From an uncultured Chlorobiaceae bacterium (GTDB taxonomy: Bacteria; Bacteroidota; Chlorobiia; Chlorobiales; Chlorobiaceae), in NCBI GenBank assembly GCA_903994635.1, contig CAJEXQ010000011.1, positions 384 to 64,383 on the forward strand: a stretch of DNA of 64,000 bases, read 5' to 3'. The stretch's first letter is position 1. Each line of letters opens with the position of its first letter. Below, piece by piece: positions 30,748 to 42,796 of this stretch. The notes under the pieces were generated by a model. The model did not search any database. It was not told where the DNA came from and saw nothing but the letters and a program-made list of their open reading frames with translations. A program made the translations under genes and the position numbers.

Positions 30748-31896
30748 TTAAAACGCTCTTTTCTGGAAAAACTGGCCCGGCTGTTGCGATATCGCGGCTT
30801 TCAGTTCAAGTTCAAAAAGGTGCACCAGAAGAGTGGATACATCCATGGCTGATGCGGCAGCAAGTGCATCAATGTGAACGGGTTCTGTGCCCATGTAGTG
30901 AATAATGCTTTTTTCCTGAATGGTGAGGTGATTCACGGAATTATCCTGTACAGCGCTTTTCGTTGAACAACTTGATGCAAATCGTGGACCGAGTTCACTG
31001 ATGATATCTTCGACGCTCATGATGGCTTTTGCCGCACCCTGCTGGATGAGCTTGTTTGTCCCCCGTGAGGTTCTGGAGAAGATGCTTCCGGGCACAGCAA
31101 AAATCTCCCGGTTTTGTTCAAGGGCTGTCGATGCGGTGATCAGCGATCCCCCTTTCAGGTCGGATTCAATAACGATGGTTCCTGCAGAGATTCCTGATAT
31201 GATGCGATTTCTTTTAGGGAATTTTCCCGGTGAGAGTTCTGAGCCCAGCCACTCTTCTGAAATGATCGCTCCCTGTTCAATGATTTTAGGCCATACTTTT
31301 CCTTTCGGATCGGTATAGATTGTGTCGACCCCACTGGCAAGAACAGCAACGGTTATTCCCCCGTTTTCAAGAGTGGCGGTATGTGCCGCCATATCAATTC
31401 CATAAGCCAGTCCGCTGAAAACGACAATTCCGCAATTCACCAAATCCTTGCAGAGCAGTGCTGTCGCCTGTTTGCCGTATTGTGATGCATACCTGGTTCC
31501 AACAACAGCGAGTGCGGGAGTATCATTCGCAGGAAGTTTTCCACGAACAAAGAGGCAGGGAGGCGGATCATATATTTCTTTTAACAGGGCGGGATATTCA
31601 GAATCAAGAATGGTTACAATGGTTGCATTATAGCGGTGCAGCCCGGCAATCTGCTCTGCAGCAGCATTCTCTGCGGCCTGTTTTGTTGGTATGTGGTGAA
31701 GGAAATGGTGAATCTGTCGTGCCAGAGATTCACCGATGCCTGGTACAGTCATCAGATCATTCACGTTGGTATGGAGCACCTCTGCCAGGTCAGGAAAATG
31801 ACTGGTCATTGCCTTGATTCTTGCAGGGCCGATACCCGGAATAAGGGTAAGAACAAGCAGGAGAATCCTCTCTTCCATCGTTGCAGGGAGTGTCAT
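30748..31896 (-). CDS. dprA: DNA-processing protein DprA
   Basis: YPALL.EI.DPP, AVVGTR, SGLAYGID, FPKRNRIISG and GSLITA motifs. Confidence 0.95.
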   Translation of the reverse strand: MTLPATMEERILLLVLTLIPGIGPARIKAMTSHFPDLAEVLHTNVNDLMTVPGIGESLARQIHHFLHHIPTKQAAENAAAEQIAGLHRYNATIVTILDSEYPALLKEIYDPPPCLFVRGKLPANDTPALAVVGTRYASQYGKQATALLCKDLVNCGIVVFSGLAYGIDMAAHTATLENGGITVAVLASGVDTIYTDPKGKVWPKIIEQGAIISEEWLGSELSPGKFPKRNRIISGISAGTIVIESDLKGGSLITASTALEQNREIFAVPGSIFSRTSRGTNKLIQQGAAKAIMSVEDIISELGPRFASSCSTKSAVQDNSVNHLTIQEKSIIHYMGTEPVHIDALAAASAMDVSTLLVHLFELELKAAISQQPGQFFQKRAF

Positions 31897-31908
31897 AATA
31901 TAGCGAGT

Positions 31909-32922
31909 TTAGAAATCGCGTTCCATGAGAATGTTTGCATACCCTTTAAGGTATTCGCGCCCTTCTGCATGAGGCAGTCGGTCAATTGCTGTAAGCGCCT
32001 CCTCGGTATTACTGTTGATCAGTTCAGCAGTCTCTTCAAGAACGCCGCATCGTTCATAGACAGCTTTCACGTCAGGAACTCTGTCGGGATTCAGTCCTTT
32101 ATTGATGATGATCGAGTATAAAAGTTCTCGATCAGCTCCTGAAGTCAGTTCGAGAGAGCGGAGCAAGAGGTAAGTTTTTTTACCGTTGATGATATCGCCA
32201 CCTGCCATCTTGCCGGATTTTCCGTTATCAGCCATGACATCAAGGTAGTCATCCTGTATCTGGAAAGCCCTCCCGATTTTTTCACCAAAAAAAACCAGAC
32301 TCTGAAGCTGTTCATCCGTTGCATTGCCCGCAACCCCACCGGCTTCAAGTGCAGCCGAAATAAGTCGACCGGTTTTTTTGGCAATCATGTCGAGGTAGTC
32401 TGCTATCGTGGCATCTTTTTTCTCTTCAAGTTCCATGTCGAGCGCCTGCCCTTCACAAATCGTGATATTGGCATGGTTGAGAATATGGATAAGTTCAGCG
32501 TGGCGGTTGCTTTTGGCCTGCAAGGCAAGTTCGTAAGCATAGGCAATCATCATATCCCCAGTCAGAATAGCTGCATTGACATTCCAGTGCTTGTGGACGG
32601 TTGGTCTGCCGTGACGCAGATCTGCCTGATCCATGATATCATCATGAATCAGGGTGAAATTGTGCAAGATTTCAACAGCAAGAGCAACATTGAGTGCGTT
32701 TTCAGAAGAACCGCTGACAGCTTCCGACGCAAGCAGGGTCAGAAATGGGCGGATTCTTTTTCCTTTTCCTTCAAGAATATATTTTGCGGGAGCATACAGT
32801 GTGACCGGTCTCTCCCTTTCGAAACATTTGCCGAGAGCATTATTGATTTTCTCGTGATAGAGAGAGTATTTTTTTTCAACAAGTTCTTGAGTAACAGGTA
32901 TGGTCATGATGAAATCGGTCAT
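31909..32922 (-). CDS. Polyprenyl (geranylgeranyl) diphosphate synthase
   Basis: [19 protein letters not shown] (FARM), GQALD and FQIQDD (SARM) motifs. Confidence 0.93.
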   Translation of the reverse strand: MTDFIMTIPVTQELVEKKYSLYHEKINNALGKCFERERPVTLYAPAKYILEGKGKRIRPFLTLLASEAVSGSSENALNVALAVEILHNFTLIHDDIMDQADLRHGRPTVHKHWNVNAAILTGDMMIAYAYELALQAKSNRHAELIHILNHANITICEGQALDMELEEKKDATIADYLDMIAKKTGRLISAALEAGGVAGNATDEQLQSLVFFGEKIGRAFQIQDDYLDVMADNGKSGKMAGGDIINGKKTYLLLRSLELTSGADRELLYSIIINKGLNPDRVPDVKAVYERCGVLEETAELINSNTEEALTAIDRLPHAEGREYLKGYANILMERDF

Positions 32923-33992
32923 TGTTTAATGATAAGTCTTTTGTTCCGAAGCTCCTCTATTGTGGCGGCCCCGGTCAGGAACATCACTGCCCTGAGATCG
33001 TTCAGCCAGCTATCAATGTTTTTTTCAAGTGCGCTTTCATGAAGGGCTTTAAGGATATATCTCGCAGATGCGGCAAGCTGCGCTCCAAGCGCCAATGACT
33101 TGGCAATATCCGTGCCGCACTGGATTCCGCCTGAAGCGATGATCTCAATGTCGCGGAACTCGGGATGCCCCTTTTTAAGTTCCCTGATATCAATCAGGCA
33201 TTGTGCTGTAGGTATTCCCCAGTTCAGCAGTTCATCGAGAGCTGGCTGGCTGAAGCGGGTTTCATGTCCAAATTGTTTTCTATAGCGGATTTCCTCCACT
33301 TTCTGCCAACTGAGGCCTCCCGCGCCCGCAACGTCAATGCCGCTTACGCCAGCCTCAATGAGCTGGCGTGCGGAGGTTGCCGAAATGCCGCATCCAACCT
33401 CTTTGACAATAACAGGTACAGAAATGTTATTGGTTAGCAGAGCAAGTTGCTCGATAACGTGTCGAAAATCTGTGTTGCCTTCAGGCTGAAAAAGTTCCTG
33501 TGCGGCATTCAGGTGTACAATCAGTCCGTCTGCCTCCAGAAGCTCAAGCATAATGTTAATCTCGCTCTCTGTCAATCCTTTCGCAATCTCCGAAGCCCCG
33601 ATGTTGGCAAAGATCTGGACTGAGGGTGCGAATTTTCTTGTTACGGCAAAGCTGCTGCGGCAGGAGGGGTTTTCAAGCGCCGGTCGCATGCTCCCAACGC
33701 CAAGCGGGATGTTAAAATGTTCAGCCACCTCAGCAAGACGCTGGTTGAGCGAGGCCGCTTCATGGAATCCTCCCGTCATGGAGGAGAGCATCAGCGGAGC
33801 GCCAATTTTTTTGCCTAAAAAAGTTGTTGTGAGATCAATGTCAGAAAATGAGAGTTCTGGCAGGGCGTTATGCTCAAACTCAAACCGTTCAAGGCCTGTA
33901 GTTTTGTGGCTGAATGCAACATCCCCATTCAGGCAGATCTCTACATGGCTCTGCTTGCGCTCAATTGTTATATTGTTTAACCTGTCGCTCAT
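32919..33992 (-). CDS. fni: Type 2 isopentenyl-diphosphate delta-isomerase (FMN-dependent)
   Basis: [23 protein letters not shown] and VKEVGCGIS motifs. Start placed at ATG 33992. Confidence 0.93.
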   Translation of the reverse strand: MSDRLNNITIERKQSHVEICLNGDVAFSHKTTGLERFEFEHNALPELSFSDIDLTTTFLGKKIGAPLMLSSMTGGFHEAASLNQRLAEVAEHFNIPLGVGSMRPALENPSCRSSFAVTRKFAPSVQIFANIGASEIAKGLTESEINIMLELLEADGLIVHLNAAQELFQPEGNTDFRHVIEQLALLTNNISVPVIVKEVGCGISATSARQLIEAGVSGIDVAGAGGLSWQKVEEIRYRKQFGHETRFSQPALDELLNWGIPTAQCLIDIRELKKGHPEFRDIEIIASGGIQCGTDIAKSLALGAQLAASARYILKALHESALEKNIDSWLNDLRAVMFLTGAATIEELRNKRLIIKQ

Positions 33993-34102
33993 GCCGTTCG
34001 GAAAGATTTCTTTAAGGATTTGTTTATAAATCAGTGCAATAAGGCACAACATAATAAAAATATTCCATAACTTTTTGACCCCCGTATCGAAGCGGTTTCA
34101 TC

Positions 34103-35371
34103 ATGCTGAAAACATTGTTTGATATAGCTGTGCGTCATCTGCTCGGGCGTCGGAGGCAGACATTGAGCACTATTTTCGGTGTTGCCATCAGTACCATGGT
34201 GCTGATTACCACCAACTCCCTCACCCGGGGCCTGCTTGACTCCTTCGTTGAGACTATTGTAAATGTTGCGCCCCATATAACAGTTAAAGGGGAGATAACT
34301 CACCCTATGCCGGTCAATCTTCTCGACAAGGAGCGCTTTTCCTCAGTTGCATTCGTTGAAAATAATGTCAAGAAGCAGGAGCGCGAAGAGGTGCGGAACT
34401 ATCGGCAGATACTCTCCATCTTCAGCTCGCCTGAGTATGCAAAAGAGGTTATTGCAGCTTCACCTTATGTCAATTCGCAGGTCATGGCTGTAAAAGGGAG
34501 CCGTAATCAGCCCCTTCTGCTCAAAGGCGTTCTGATTGAGAGGGAGGATGCTATCAACGGTATCCGAAAAAAACTGATCATGGGTGATATTTCCTCCTTT
34601 GAAAAGACCGCCAATGCGCTTCTTGTCGGGAGAACCGTTGCCAGGGATATGAATCTCAAAGTGAATGATCAGGTTGTAATCATCCCTGCTTTAGGAAAGA
34701 GTCGACAGTGCAAGGTGGTCGCCATCTTTTTTTCGGGTGTCAATGCGGTTGATAACAGTGTTCTGGTCTCGCTCAAGTTTGCCCAGATCATTGAGGAATT
34801 GCCAGCCAACAAGGTTTCCGGTATTGCGCTCAAGGTGGCTAATCCGTTTGCCAATGCCCCTCTTGCCAGAGAGCTTGAGCTGATTACCGGCTATCGCTGT
34901 CTTACCTGGCAGGAGGAAAATGCAAGTCTCATCACTCTCTTTACTCGAATTGGCTATATCGTTTTCTCTCTGGTGGCTTTTGTCGGTGTTGTTTCGGGGT
35001 TTGGAGTAGCAAATATTCTTGTCACTACGGTTTTTGAAAAGAGCAGGGATATCGCCATTATGAAGTCTCTTGGATTCTCCGCAACGGAGTTGGTGGGAAT
35101 GTTTATTTTTGAGGGGTTTATGGTGGGTTTGGCTGGAGCTCTTACAGGCGGGGTACTCGCGATAGGAACAATCAACCTTCTCGCCAGCCTACCCGTAGAG
35201 AGTTCACAGGGCGCATTGACTAAAACGGGGTTCAGTATGTCCTATAACCCGCTCTATTTTCTTCTTGTGATCGGTGTCACGGTTCTGATCAGCACGCTTG
35301 CCGCAATTTTGCCCTCGGCAAGGGCAGCCAGGCTTGAACCGGTCAGTGTGCTCAGGGAGAGCAGTCTGTAG
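34103..35371 (+). CDS. LolC/E (MacB/FtsX-type) ABC permease
   Basis: One TM, a large periplasmic domain, three more TMs, EKSRDIAIMKSLG and PSARAARLEPV. Confidence 0.85.
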   Translation: MLKTLFDIAVRHLLGRRRQTLSTIFGVAISTMVLITTNSLTRGLLDSFVETIVNVAPHITVKGEITHPMPVNLLDKERFSSVAFVENNVKKQEREEVRNYRQILSIFSSPEYAKEVIAASPYVNSQVMAVKGSRNQPLLLKGVLIEREDAINGIRKKLIMGDISSFEKTANALLVGRTVARDMNLKVNDQVVIIPALGKSRQCKVVAIFFSGVNAVDNSVLVSLKFAQIIEELPANKVSGIALKVANPFANAPLARELELITGYRCLTWQEENASLITLFTRIGYIVFSLVAFVGVVSGFGVANILVTTVFEKSRDIAIMKSLGFSATELVGMFIFEGFMVGLAGALTGGVLAIGTINLLASLPVESSQGALTKTGFSMSYNPLYFLLVIGVTVLISTLAAILPSARAARLEPVSVLRESSL

Positions 35372-35377
35372 GGTTTA

Positions 35378-35400
35378 CTCTCTCTCTCTCTCTCTCTCTC
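35378..35400. repeat. (CT)11C dinucleotide microsatellite
   Basis: Perfect 23-nt CT repeat between two convergent stop codons. Confidence 0.95.
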
Positions 35401-37216
35401 AGAGCGGGAGAGTTTGCTCCGGGTGTTGCAGCAGGTAGAGCTTGTAATAGAGCCCTCGTTTTGCAAGCAGTTCCTGATGATTGCCAATTTCCCTGATCAC
35501 TCCTTTGTGCAATACAATAATTCTGTCAGCTTTCTGAACAGTCGACAGTCTGTGGGCAATAATAATGGAGGTGCGCTCACTCATAAGGCGGGTTGTTGCC
35601 GCATCAATCAATGATTCGGTTTCAGTATCAACCGAGCTGGTGGCCTCATCAAGCACAAGTATTTCAGGATTGTAGAGGAGCGCCCGGACGAAAGCTATCA
35701 ATTGTTTTTGTCCGGAGGAGAGCCCGGTGCCGTTTTCAAGTACCCTGTACTCGTAACCGCCGGGAAGCTGTTGAATAAATCGGTCGGCCCCGACAACTCT
35801 GGCAGCCTCCTGCAGAGCATCATTGGAGATATCAGGATTGCCAAATGCAAGGTTTTCGCGTATGGTACCGGAAAAGAGAAAAACATCCTGCATGACAACG
35901 CCGACAAGTTTTCTCACAGAGTGTTCCGCTATTTCTTGCAGCGGAATACCATCAATGGTCACCGATCCTTTTGCAAAGGGGTAAAGCCTTGAAAGGATAT
36001 TGATCAGCGTGGTTTTTCCGCTTCCCGTTGCGCCGACAATGGCAATTTTTTCCCCATGCCGGATGGTAAATGAGATATCCTTCAGCACCCAATTGTCGCT
36101 CTCGTAAGCGAACCAGAGATTCCTGAATTCGATGCTTTCATGGAATGAAGCAAGTTGGTGCAGCCCGGACGGCTCTTCTATTCCCTCCCTCTCATCAAGG
36201 AGGCGGATAATGCGGTCTGAGCTTGCAATGGCAGTCTGAATAACGTTGAATCGGTCGGAGAGATGCTGAAGCGGTCGGAAAAAAAGCCAGATATACTGTA
36301 CAAATGAGACCACCACACCAATGGTGAGATCAGCCTTGAGCAGGCGGATCCCACTGTACCAAATCACAAGCCCTGCCGCAGCAGCGCTTAAAACCTCAAT
36401 CAGCGGATAATAGATTGAGAAGTAAAAGACAGTCCGGATATTGGCATCCCGGTGGTCTGCATTGATGGCAGCATATTTTTTCGATTCCCGCTCTTCACGG
36501 TTAAAGAGCTGGACGATGGTCATACCAGTGAGATGCTCCTGAAAAAAGGTGTTCAGCCTTGCTATATGGGTGAGAACATCCTGAAAAGCAACCCGTACCC
36601 TGTTTTTGAAAGCTATGGTGGCATAGATCATCAGGGGAAGAATACCGAGGACAATAAGGGTCAGTTTCCAATCAATCCAGGCCATCAGCACTACAATGAA
36701 AAGAAGCTGCAGGAGGTCGCCCAGAATAGTGATGATGCCGCTGGAAAGCATCTCGTTGAGTGATTCGACATCGCTGGTTGTTCGAGTGATCAGGCGACCA
36801 ATGGGGTTTCGGTCATAAAACCTCGCAGGCAGTTTCTGCAGGTGGGTAAAAATATCCATCCGGATGTCGAAGACTGCTTTCTGACCGATAATCTGAGTCA
36901 GCCAGGTGGTGATATATTGCTTTATGCCATCAAGCAGTATTGCCCCCGCTAGAAAAATGCTGATAATTGTCAGTCCCTTGAGATTGCCTTTGGCAATATA
37001 GTCGTCAATAGCAATTTTTGTCAGATAAGGCCTCAGCGGGCCGAGAAAGGAGCCTGCGATGGTGATCGCAATGGCCGTGGCGACAAGAGTTTTGTATGGC
37101 TTGACATAGGCGAAAAGGCGGGAAACGATATAGCGGTCAACCGAACTTTTTTTCTCTTTTTGCAGGGTATCATCCTGCTGTGGCCGGAAGCTTTTTTTTG
37201 TCGAGTCGTTACTCAT
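35399..37216 (-). CDS. ABC exporter (TMD+NBD fused, MdlB-like)
   Basis: [15 protein letters not shown] and [11 protein letters not shown] motifs. Start placed at ATG 37216, overlapping the glmM stop. Confidence 0.92.
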   Translation of the reverse strand: MSNDSTKKSFRPQQDDTLQKEKKSSVDRYIVSRLFAYVKPYKTLVATAIAITIAGSFLGPLRPYLTKIAIDDYIAKGNLKGLTIISIFLAGAILLDGIKQYITTWLTQIIGQKAVFDIRMDIFTHLQKLPARFYDRNPIGRLITRTTSDVESLNEMLSSGIITILGDLLQLLFIVVLMAWIDWKLTLIVLGILPLMIYATIAFKNRVRVAFQDVLTHIARLNTFFQEHLTGMTIVQLFNREERESKKYAAINADHRDANIRTVFYFSIYYPLIEVLSAAAAGLVIWYSGIRLLKADLTIGVVVSFVQYIWLFFRPLQHLSDRFNVIQTAIASSDRIIRLLDEREGIEEPSGLHQLASFHESIEFRNLWFAYESDNWVLKDISFTIRHGEKIAIVGATGSGKTTLINILSRLYPFAKGSVTIDGIPLQEIAEHSVRKLVGVVMQDVFLFSGTIRENLAFGNPDISNDALQEAARVVGADRFIQQLPGGYEYRVLENGTGLSSGQKQLIAFVRALLYNPEILVLDEATSSVDTETESLIDAATTRLMSERTSIIIAHRLSTVQKADRIIVLHKGVIREIGNHQELLAKRGLYYKLYLLQHPEQTLPL

Positions 37217-38624
37217 GGTGGCCAATTTCCGAGACTCTCTTTTCAATTTCATCTCTCAGCTCGTCTGCCAGCGCTTGAGCCCTGACAATAGATGGCGCCT
37301 CAGCATAGATTCTTATAATGGGTTCTGTATTTGATGGACGTAAATGTACCCAACTGTCGGCAAAGTCAAGTTTCAGGCCGTCAAGGGTATTTACTTCGGC
37401 GGTATGGTAGTGTAGAGCTATATCGGTAATTATTTTTTCCAGTGAAGCCTTGCCTGATTTGCCAAGCACAATTTTCTGCTTTGACATAACGTAGCCAGGG
37501 AACTGCTGCCTGAACTGCGACAGTGTTCCGCCGCCATTATTGGCACGCCAGAGGGTGAATGCCTGAACAATAAGCGCTATGCCGACCAAAGCGTCCCGTC
37601 CGTAATGCAACTCAGGGAGAATCACTCCTCCGTTCCCTTCTCCGCCGATGACCGCCAGCTTCTCTTTCATTAACGCACTGACATTCGCCTCGCCAACTTT
37701 AGCACTGTAACATGCCACTCCGTATCGTTTGGCAATATCATGCAGGGCACGGCTGCTTGAAAGATTGTTTGCCACTGGCCCGCATTTGTGTTTGAGGTAA
37801 AAATCAGCGCAGGCGACCAGGGTGTACTCCTCTCCGAAAAGGGAACCATCTTCACAGAGAAGAGCAAGCCTGTCGACATCGGGGTCAACAATAAGAGCAA
37901 AATCACAGACAAACTCTTTCAATGACGCGATAGTACCAGAAAGATTTTCCTCAATTGGTTCAGGGTTCCGGGGAAAGAGGCCGGTGCCGCCACAGGCAAC
38001 AGGTACAATACTCTCAAAACCAAGCCTTTTGCAAAGCAGTGGAATAATCGAAGAGCCTGCCCCTTCAACACAGTCAACAAGCACCCGGAAGCGCTGCTTT
38101 GCAATAGCCGCAGTATCAATGCAGGGCAACCGGAGAACTTTTTCAATATGGAGGTCGTCGTACCCGTCCATAAGGGAGATAGTACCAATCCTATTCCATT
38201 GAGCGGTGACAAACAGCTCTTTTTGAGCAATGTCAAGAAGTTCATCAACCTCTCCGGCGCTTAAAAATTCACCAAGATTGTTGAGCATTTTCAGTGCGTT
38301 CCATGCAACGGGATTGTGTGAAGCCGTAATAATCAGGCCACCGTCGGCATGTTCGGCTGCAACAGCAATTTCAACTGTTGGTGTTGTGGCGATACCCAGA
38401 TCAATAACATCACATCCACAAAGCAGCAGGGTATTACTGACGAGATCGCCGATTGCTTTGCCTGTTGGTCTGGTATCCCTGCCAATGACAATTCTTGGTT
38501 TTTTTTCATGTTTTCGGCGAAAAATCCAGGAGGCGAAAGCCATCGCAAATGCCGTGAGATTTTTCGGGGTCAGGCTTTCGCCGACAATGCCCCGAATTCC
38601 GGAAACGCTGATCATCAGGCTCAT
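37209..38624 (-). CDS. glmM: Phosphoglucosamine mutase / phosphohexomutase
   Basis: [20 protein letters not shown] and GGEGNGG motifs. Start placed at ATG 38624. Confidence 0.85.
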   Translation of the reverse strand: MSLMISVSGIRGIVGESLTPKNLTAFAMAFASWIFRRKHEKKPRIVIGRDTRPTGKAIGDLVSNTLLLCGCDVIDLGIATTPTVEIAVAAEHADGGLIITASHNPVAWNALKMLNNLGEFLSAGEVDELLDIAQKELFVTAQWNRIGTISLMDGYDDLHIEKVLRLPCIDTAAIAKQRFRVLVDCVEGAGSSIIPLLCKRLGFESIVPVACGGTGLFPRNPEPIEENLSGTIASLKEFVCDFALIVDPDVDRLALLCEDGSLFGEEYTLVACADFYLKHKCGPVANNLSSSRALHDIAKRYGVACYSAKVGEANVSALMKEKLAVIGGEGNGGVILPELHYGRDALVGIALIVQAFTLWRANNGGGTLSQFRQQFPGYVMSKQKIVLGKSGKASLEKIITDIALHYHTAEVNTLDGLKLDFADSWVHLRPSNTEPIIRIYAEAPSIVRAQALADELRDEIEKRVSEIGHHE

Positions 38625-38798
38625 AGTAGCATGGTTATCATGATTAAAATTTTGCCCAATATAAGAAAATAAGAAGGATGAAGAGCATTGGCGGCAGGGG
38701 TTGCGTTTAACGGGATGAGAGAAGGGTAGAGGCGTCAGCACAGCAATCAGCCTCAAGGGAAAAAAGAGAGCCTCTTTAACGTTACCGGTTTTTCTTGC

Positions 38799-38826
38799 TT
38801 GCCTTTTGATTTGTTTCTTTTATATT
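38799..38826 (+). promoter_or_regulatory. Putative promoter for rpsT
   Basis: TTGCCT-N16-TATATT. Confidence 0.4.
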
Positions 38827-38874
38827 GCATGCCTTTTGTTATTCAACTAATATTTATACTAACAGTAAGCGTAT

Positions 38875-39156
38875 ATGCCTTTACACAAATCGGCTGAGAA
38901 AAGACTGCGGCAGTCAGAAAGAAGAAATGCCAGGAACAGATCAAGGAAAAAAGAGCTGAAAGTTCTTGTAAAAACCATGCAGAAACTGATTGATACCAGT
39001 GCGGACAAGGCCGTGGTTGAAGTCGCCTACCGCTCGGCGGTGCAGAAGCTTGATCGTCTTGGGGTAAAGAATTATATACACGCCAATAAAGCATCTCGCA
39101 AGAAGTCACAGTTGACACGTCTTCTGAACAATTACGTGAAGGCTGGTCAAGAGTAG
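38875..39156 (+). CDS. rpsT: 30S ribosomal protein S20
   Basis: [11 protein letters not shown] and [13 protein letters not shown] motifs. Confidence 0.97.
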   Translation: MPLHKSAEKRLRQSERRNARNRSRKKELKVLVKTMQKLIDTSADKAVVEVAYRSAVQKLDRLGVKNYIHANKASRKKSQLTRLLNNYVKAGQE

Positions 39157-39245
39157 TCTGTGTGCTGGCAAGGCCACGATTGATCTTCATTGTCTGACAT
39201 CCGGACTGAATAACCATTTCGGTTCGGGTTTCCATAAATTCGCTC

Positions 39246-39848
39246 ATGTTTGCATATTTTCGCGGCAGGCTGGTTTCAGTCTTGCCTGAAGAGGCAGTTG
39301 TTGATGTTTCCGGTGTTGCTTACCGGTTTCTGATTTCCGCAACTACAAACCGCCACCTTCCTGAACAAGGTAGTGAAGTGCTTCTTTTTTCACATCTTTA
39401 CGTCAGGGAGGATGCCCTGCAACTCTACGGCTTTTCATCCGAAGAGGAGCGCCAACTCTTCCGCTTGCTGATACTTGCAACTGGTGTTGGGCCCAAGCTT
39501 GCGCTTGCGGTTCTTTCAGGATTACAGGTGCAGGATATTCATGAAGCTATTCTTGCCAACGCGCCTGACCGTCTTTACGGTATCTCCGGTGTTGGAAAAA
39601 AAACTGCAGCAAGGATTATTCTTGAATTGAGGGATAAAATCCTCAAACTTACCCCAGTTGGTAGAATGGCAGCCCCGGCATCGCTTCAGACAACCAGGTT
39701 GCGGGATGACGCCATCAATGCCCTTGTAACGCTTGGTTTTTCGAGAATTGCCGTTCAAAAAGCAGTTGTCACTATTCTTGATCAACACATGGGACTCACT
39801 GTCGAAGAGGTGGTAAAATCAGCGCTCGTTTCAATTCATAACAGTTAG
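39246..39848 (+). CDS. ruvA: Holliday junction branch migration protein RuvA
   Basis: [28 protein letters not shown] and ALVTLGF motifs. Confidence 0.96.
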   Translation: MFAYFRGRLVSVLPEEAVVDVSGVAYRFLISATTNRHLPEQGSEVLLFSHLYVREDALQLYGFSSEEERQLFRLLILATGVGPKLALAVLSGLQVQDIHEAILANAPDRLYGISGVGKKTAARIILELRDKILKLTPVGRMAAPASLQTTRLRDDAINALVTLGFSRIAVQKAVVTILDQHMGLTVEEVVKSALVSIHNS

Positions 39849-39857
39849 CATTTAGCG

Positions 39858-41126
39858 GTGACCTACCAGGAAGCTCTGGATTTTCTTTACCCTTTGCACC
39901 GGTTTGGTATTAAGCCGGGCCTTGAGCGTGTTCGTGAACTGCTTGATCTTCATGGTTCGCCATATAAGCGAATGGGCCGGGTTGTTCATATTGCTGGCAC
40001 TAACGGGAAAGGAACCGTTGCAGCGGCACTGGCTTCGATCTTTAAGGCAAGCGGGAAAAAAACAGCACTTTATACGTCTCCTCATCTGGTCGATTTTACG
40101 GAACGAATTCGTCTCAATGGTGAGCAGATTCCGCGTGAAAAAGTTGCGGACTACTGCTCATTATTCAGGGATGCCATTGTCAAAAACCATTCCACCTTTT
40201 TTGAGGCGACCACATCAATTGCTTTTGCCTGGTTTGCTGATGAAGGAGTTGATGTTTCCATTATCGAAACAGGTATGGGTGGACGGCTTGACGCAACCAA
40301 TGTGGTTGACTCTTCCTACGTGGTGATACCATCTATCGGGCTTGACCATACAGAGTGGCTGGGAGGGACTCTTGCCCTGATTGCTGCTGAAAAAGCGGCC
40401 ATCATCAAAAAAGGGTGCAGGGTATTCACTGCCGTGTCTGCGCAGGAAGCCCTCCTTCCGATACAGAGAATGGCCGAATCGTGCCAGGTGCCACTTTTTC
40501 TTGCCGGAAGAGATTCCAGGTACAGTATCGTTTCCGCAGAGCCGGGAATGCTTGAGCTTGAGGTCAGCACAGCATTCAGGAACTACCCGGCACTGAAGGC
40601 TCCGCTGACCGGTTCATTCCATGCCACCAATGTCTCTCTCGCCGTTATGGTTGCCGAAGATGCGGGCATTGCGGCTGAACATATTTATTCGGGTCTTGAG
40701 TGTTTATTGCAGACGGGGTACAGGGCAAGGCTTGAAAAGGTTGGAGTTTTTCCGACACTACTGCTTGATGTATCGCATAATCCTGATGGTATGCGGGAGA
40801 CGGTCAATACACTTTGTTCCTTCCGCCACCTCTATCGTCGTGTGTATGTCATGCTTGGCCTTGCATCGGACAAGGATGCCCGGGCGATTGTTCGCGACCT
40901 TCTCCGTCTTGAATGCACGTTTGTTTTGGTCAATATCCCATCCGAACGGAGTGTTCCGGCTGAAGTTCTTGGCTTATTGTGTCATAACGAGGGAGCTGAG
41001 GCCATAGTATTCAGCAATGGGAGAGAGGGGCTGGGCTATTTGCGACAAAAAGCTGGCATGGCCGACCTGATTCTTGTGACGGGCTCTTTTTATCTTGCTG
41101 GCGAGATTATTGCTGCCGGAATCTGA
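39858..41126 (+). CDS. folC: Folylpolyglutamate synthase/dihydrofolate synthase
   Basis: HIAGTNGKG, YTSPHL..FTERI, GMGGRLDATN and DVSHN motifs. Confidence 0.95.
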   Translation: MTYQEALDFLYPLHRFGIKPGLERVRELLDLHGSPYKRMGRVVHIAGTNGKGTVAAALASIFKASGKKTALYTSPHLVDFTERIRLNGEQIPREKVADYCSLFRDAIVKNHSTFFEATTSIAFAWFADEGVDVSIIETGMGGRLDATNVVDSSYVVIPSIGLDHTEWLGGTLALIAAEKAAIIKKGCRVFTAVSAQEALLPIQRMAESCQVPLFLAGRDSRYSIVSAEPGMLELEVSTAFRNYPALKAPLTGSFHATNVSLAVMVAEDAGIAAEHIYSGLECLLQTGYRARLEKVGVFPTLLLDVSHNPDGMRETVNTLCSFRHLYRRVYVMLGLASDKDARAIVRDLLRLECTFVLVNIPSERSVPAEVLGLLCHNEGAEAIVFSNGREGLGYLRQKAGMADLILVTGSFYLAGEIIAAGI

Positions 41127-41427
41127 ACTGCTCTTTTTTATGGAAATTTTTTATATCTTACTTCAAATGCAGAAATTGTTTGTGTGCGTAAGGGGCATCC
41201 CTTATTCTTGGTTTCCTGTTATGATTATCCCATTTTCAATTATAGATATTCTTCCCCTGTCATCTTCATTTTCTGTTTTAATGTTGTATGATAAAGCGTT
41301 AACGGTAATTCCCGTTTATGGTTCGCTGCATCGGTCATCTTAGTGTATGCGCCATGCAGGGGTGATGCGGTCGCCCTCCTTTTTCTATAGCTTTTTTAAA
41401 AACAAGCGTTGAATACAATTAAAAACA

Positions 41428-42717
41428 ATGTCGAACAATTCAAGTTTTAAAGGCCTGGACATCAATATGCTCCAGAAAAAGAAGGTTTCTGAGTTGCATA
41501 CGTTAGCCAGAGAGCAGGGGGTTATGGCTGCTGGCTTGCGCAAGGAAGAGCTGATTTTCAAGATTATCGAAGCCCAGTCGCAGAAGAATACCGATTCTGA
41601 GAGCGGCAATGTCATGGTCAACACCGGCGTTCTGCAGGTGATACCGGAAGGCTACGGCTTTTTACGTTCAGCCAACTACAACTATCTTTCTTCACCGGAC
41701 GATATATATGTCTCCCCCTCGCAGATCAAGCGTTTCAATATGCGCACAGGAGACACGGTATCCGGACAGGTAAGGGCTCCCAAGGAAGGTGAGCGTTTTT
41801 TTGCGCTGCTTAAAATCAATACGATTGATGGCAATGATCCTGAAATTACAAGAGAGAGGCCATATTTTGAAAATCTCACACCTCTTTTTCCCCATGAGCG
41901 CCTCAAGCTTGAGACCAAACAGACGGAAGCATGTGGCCGTATCATGGATATTTTTACCCCGATTGGCAAAGGGCAGAGAGGATTGATTGTGGCTCAGCCG
42001 AAAACCGGCAAGACCATGCTTCTACAGATGATTGCCAATGCGATCATCAAGAATCATCCTGAGGTTTATCTTATAGTTCTTCTTATCGATGAGCGCCCTG
42101 AAGAGGTGACTGATATGGCGCGCAGTGTCCCCGCAGAGGTTGTCAGTTCAACTTTCGATGAGGATCCTGAGCGTCACGTCCTGGTCGCCGACATGGTGCT
42201 TGAAAAGGCCAAACGGCTTGTGGAGGTCGGAAGGGATGTGGTTGTACTGCTCGACTCCATTACCAGGCTCGCAAGGGCACACAATACCATCATACCACAC
42301 TCGGGAAAAATTCTTTCGGGAGGTATTGATGCCAATGCGCTTACCAAGCCGAAACGGTTTTTTGGTGCAGCTCGCAATATTGAGGAAGGCGGCAGTCTCA
42401 CCATTATTGCCACCGCCCTTATCGATACTGGTTCTCGTATGGATGACGTTATTTTTGAGGAGTTTAAGGGTACCGGTAATATGGAACTTCTGCTTGATCG
42501 AAGACTTTCCGAGCGCAGGATATTTCCTTCTATCGATATTCTCCGATCCAGCACTCGTAAAGAGGAGCTGCTCTTTTCACAGGAAGAGCTTTCCAGGACA
42601 TGGCTTCTCAGAAAGTATCTTGCCGACAAGAACCCGATTGAATGTATGGAGTTTATGCGCGAGAAAATGGCGGATACAAAGGATAACAAGGAGTTTTTTA
42701 AATACATGAATGCCTGA
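41428..42717 (+). CDS. rho: Transcription termination factor Rho
   Basis: [24 protein letters not shown] and [11 protein letters not shown] motifs. Confidence 0.98.
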   Translation: MSNNSSFKGLDINMLQKKKVSELHTLAREQGVMAAGLRKEELIFKIIEAQSQKNTDSESGNVMVNTGVLQVIPEGYGFLRSANYNYLSSPDDIYVSPSQIKRFNMRTGDTVSGQVRAPKEGERFFALLKINTIDGNDPEITRERPYFENLTPLFPHERLKLETKQTEACGRIMDIFTPIGKGQRGLIVAQPKTGKTMLLQMIANAIIKNHPEVYLIVLLIDERPEEVTDMARSVPAEVVSSTFDEDPERHVLVADMVLEKAKRLVEVGRDVVVLLDSITRLARAHNTIIPHSGKILSGGIDANALTKPKRFFGAARNIEEGGSLTIIATALIDTGSRMDDVIFEEFKGTGNMELLLDRRLSERRIFPSIDILRSSTRKEELLFSQEELSRTWLLRKYLADKNPIECMEFMREKMADTKDNKEFFKYMNA

Positions 42718-42732
42718 TCCTGCCGAAACAGT

Positions 42733-42760
42733 TTGCAGGTTTGAAAAAATTTCCTATATT
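42733..42760 (+). promoter_or_regulatory. Putative promoter for the bS22-tRNA unit
   Basis: TTGCAG-N16-TATATT, ending 36 nt upstream of the small ORF. Confidence 0.45.
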
Positions 42761-42796
42761 ATCTGCCTTTAAAACAAGAGGAAAGACACTTACTAT

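Noticed and set aside
42125-42709. Alternative-frame and antisense ORFs inside rho
   Set aside because: Shadow ORFs of a conserved, codon-biased gene.
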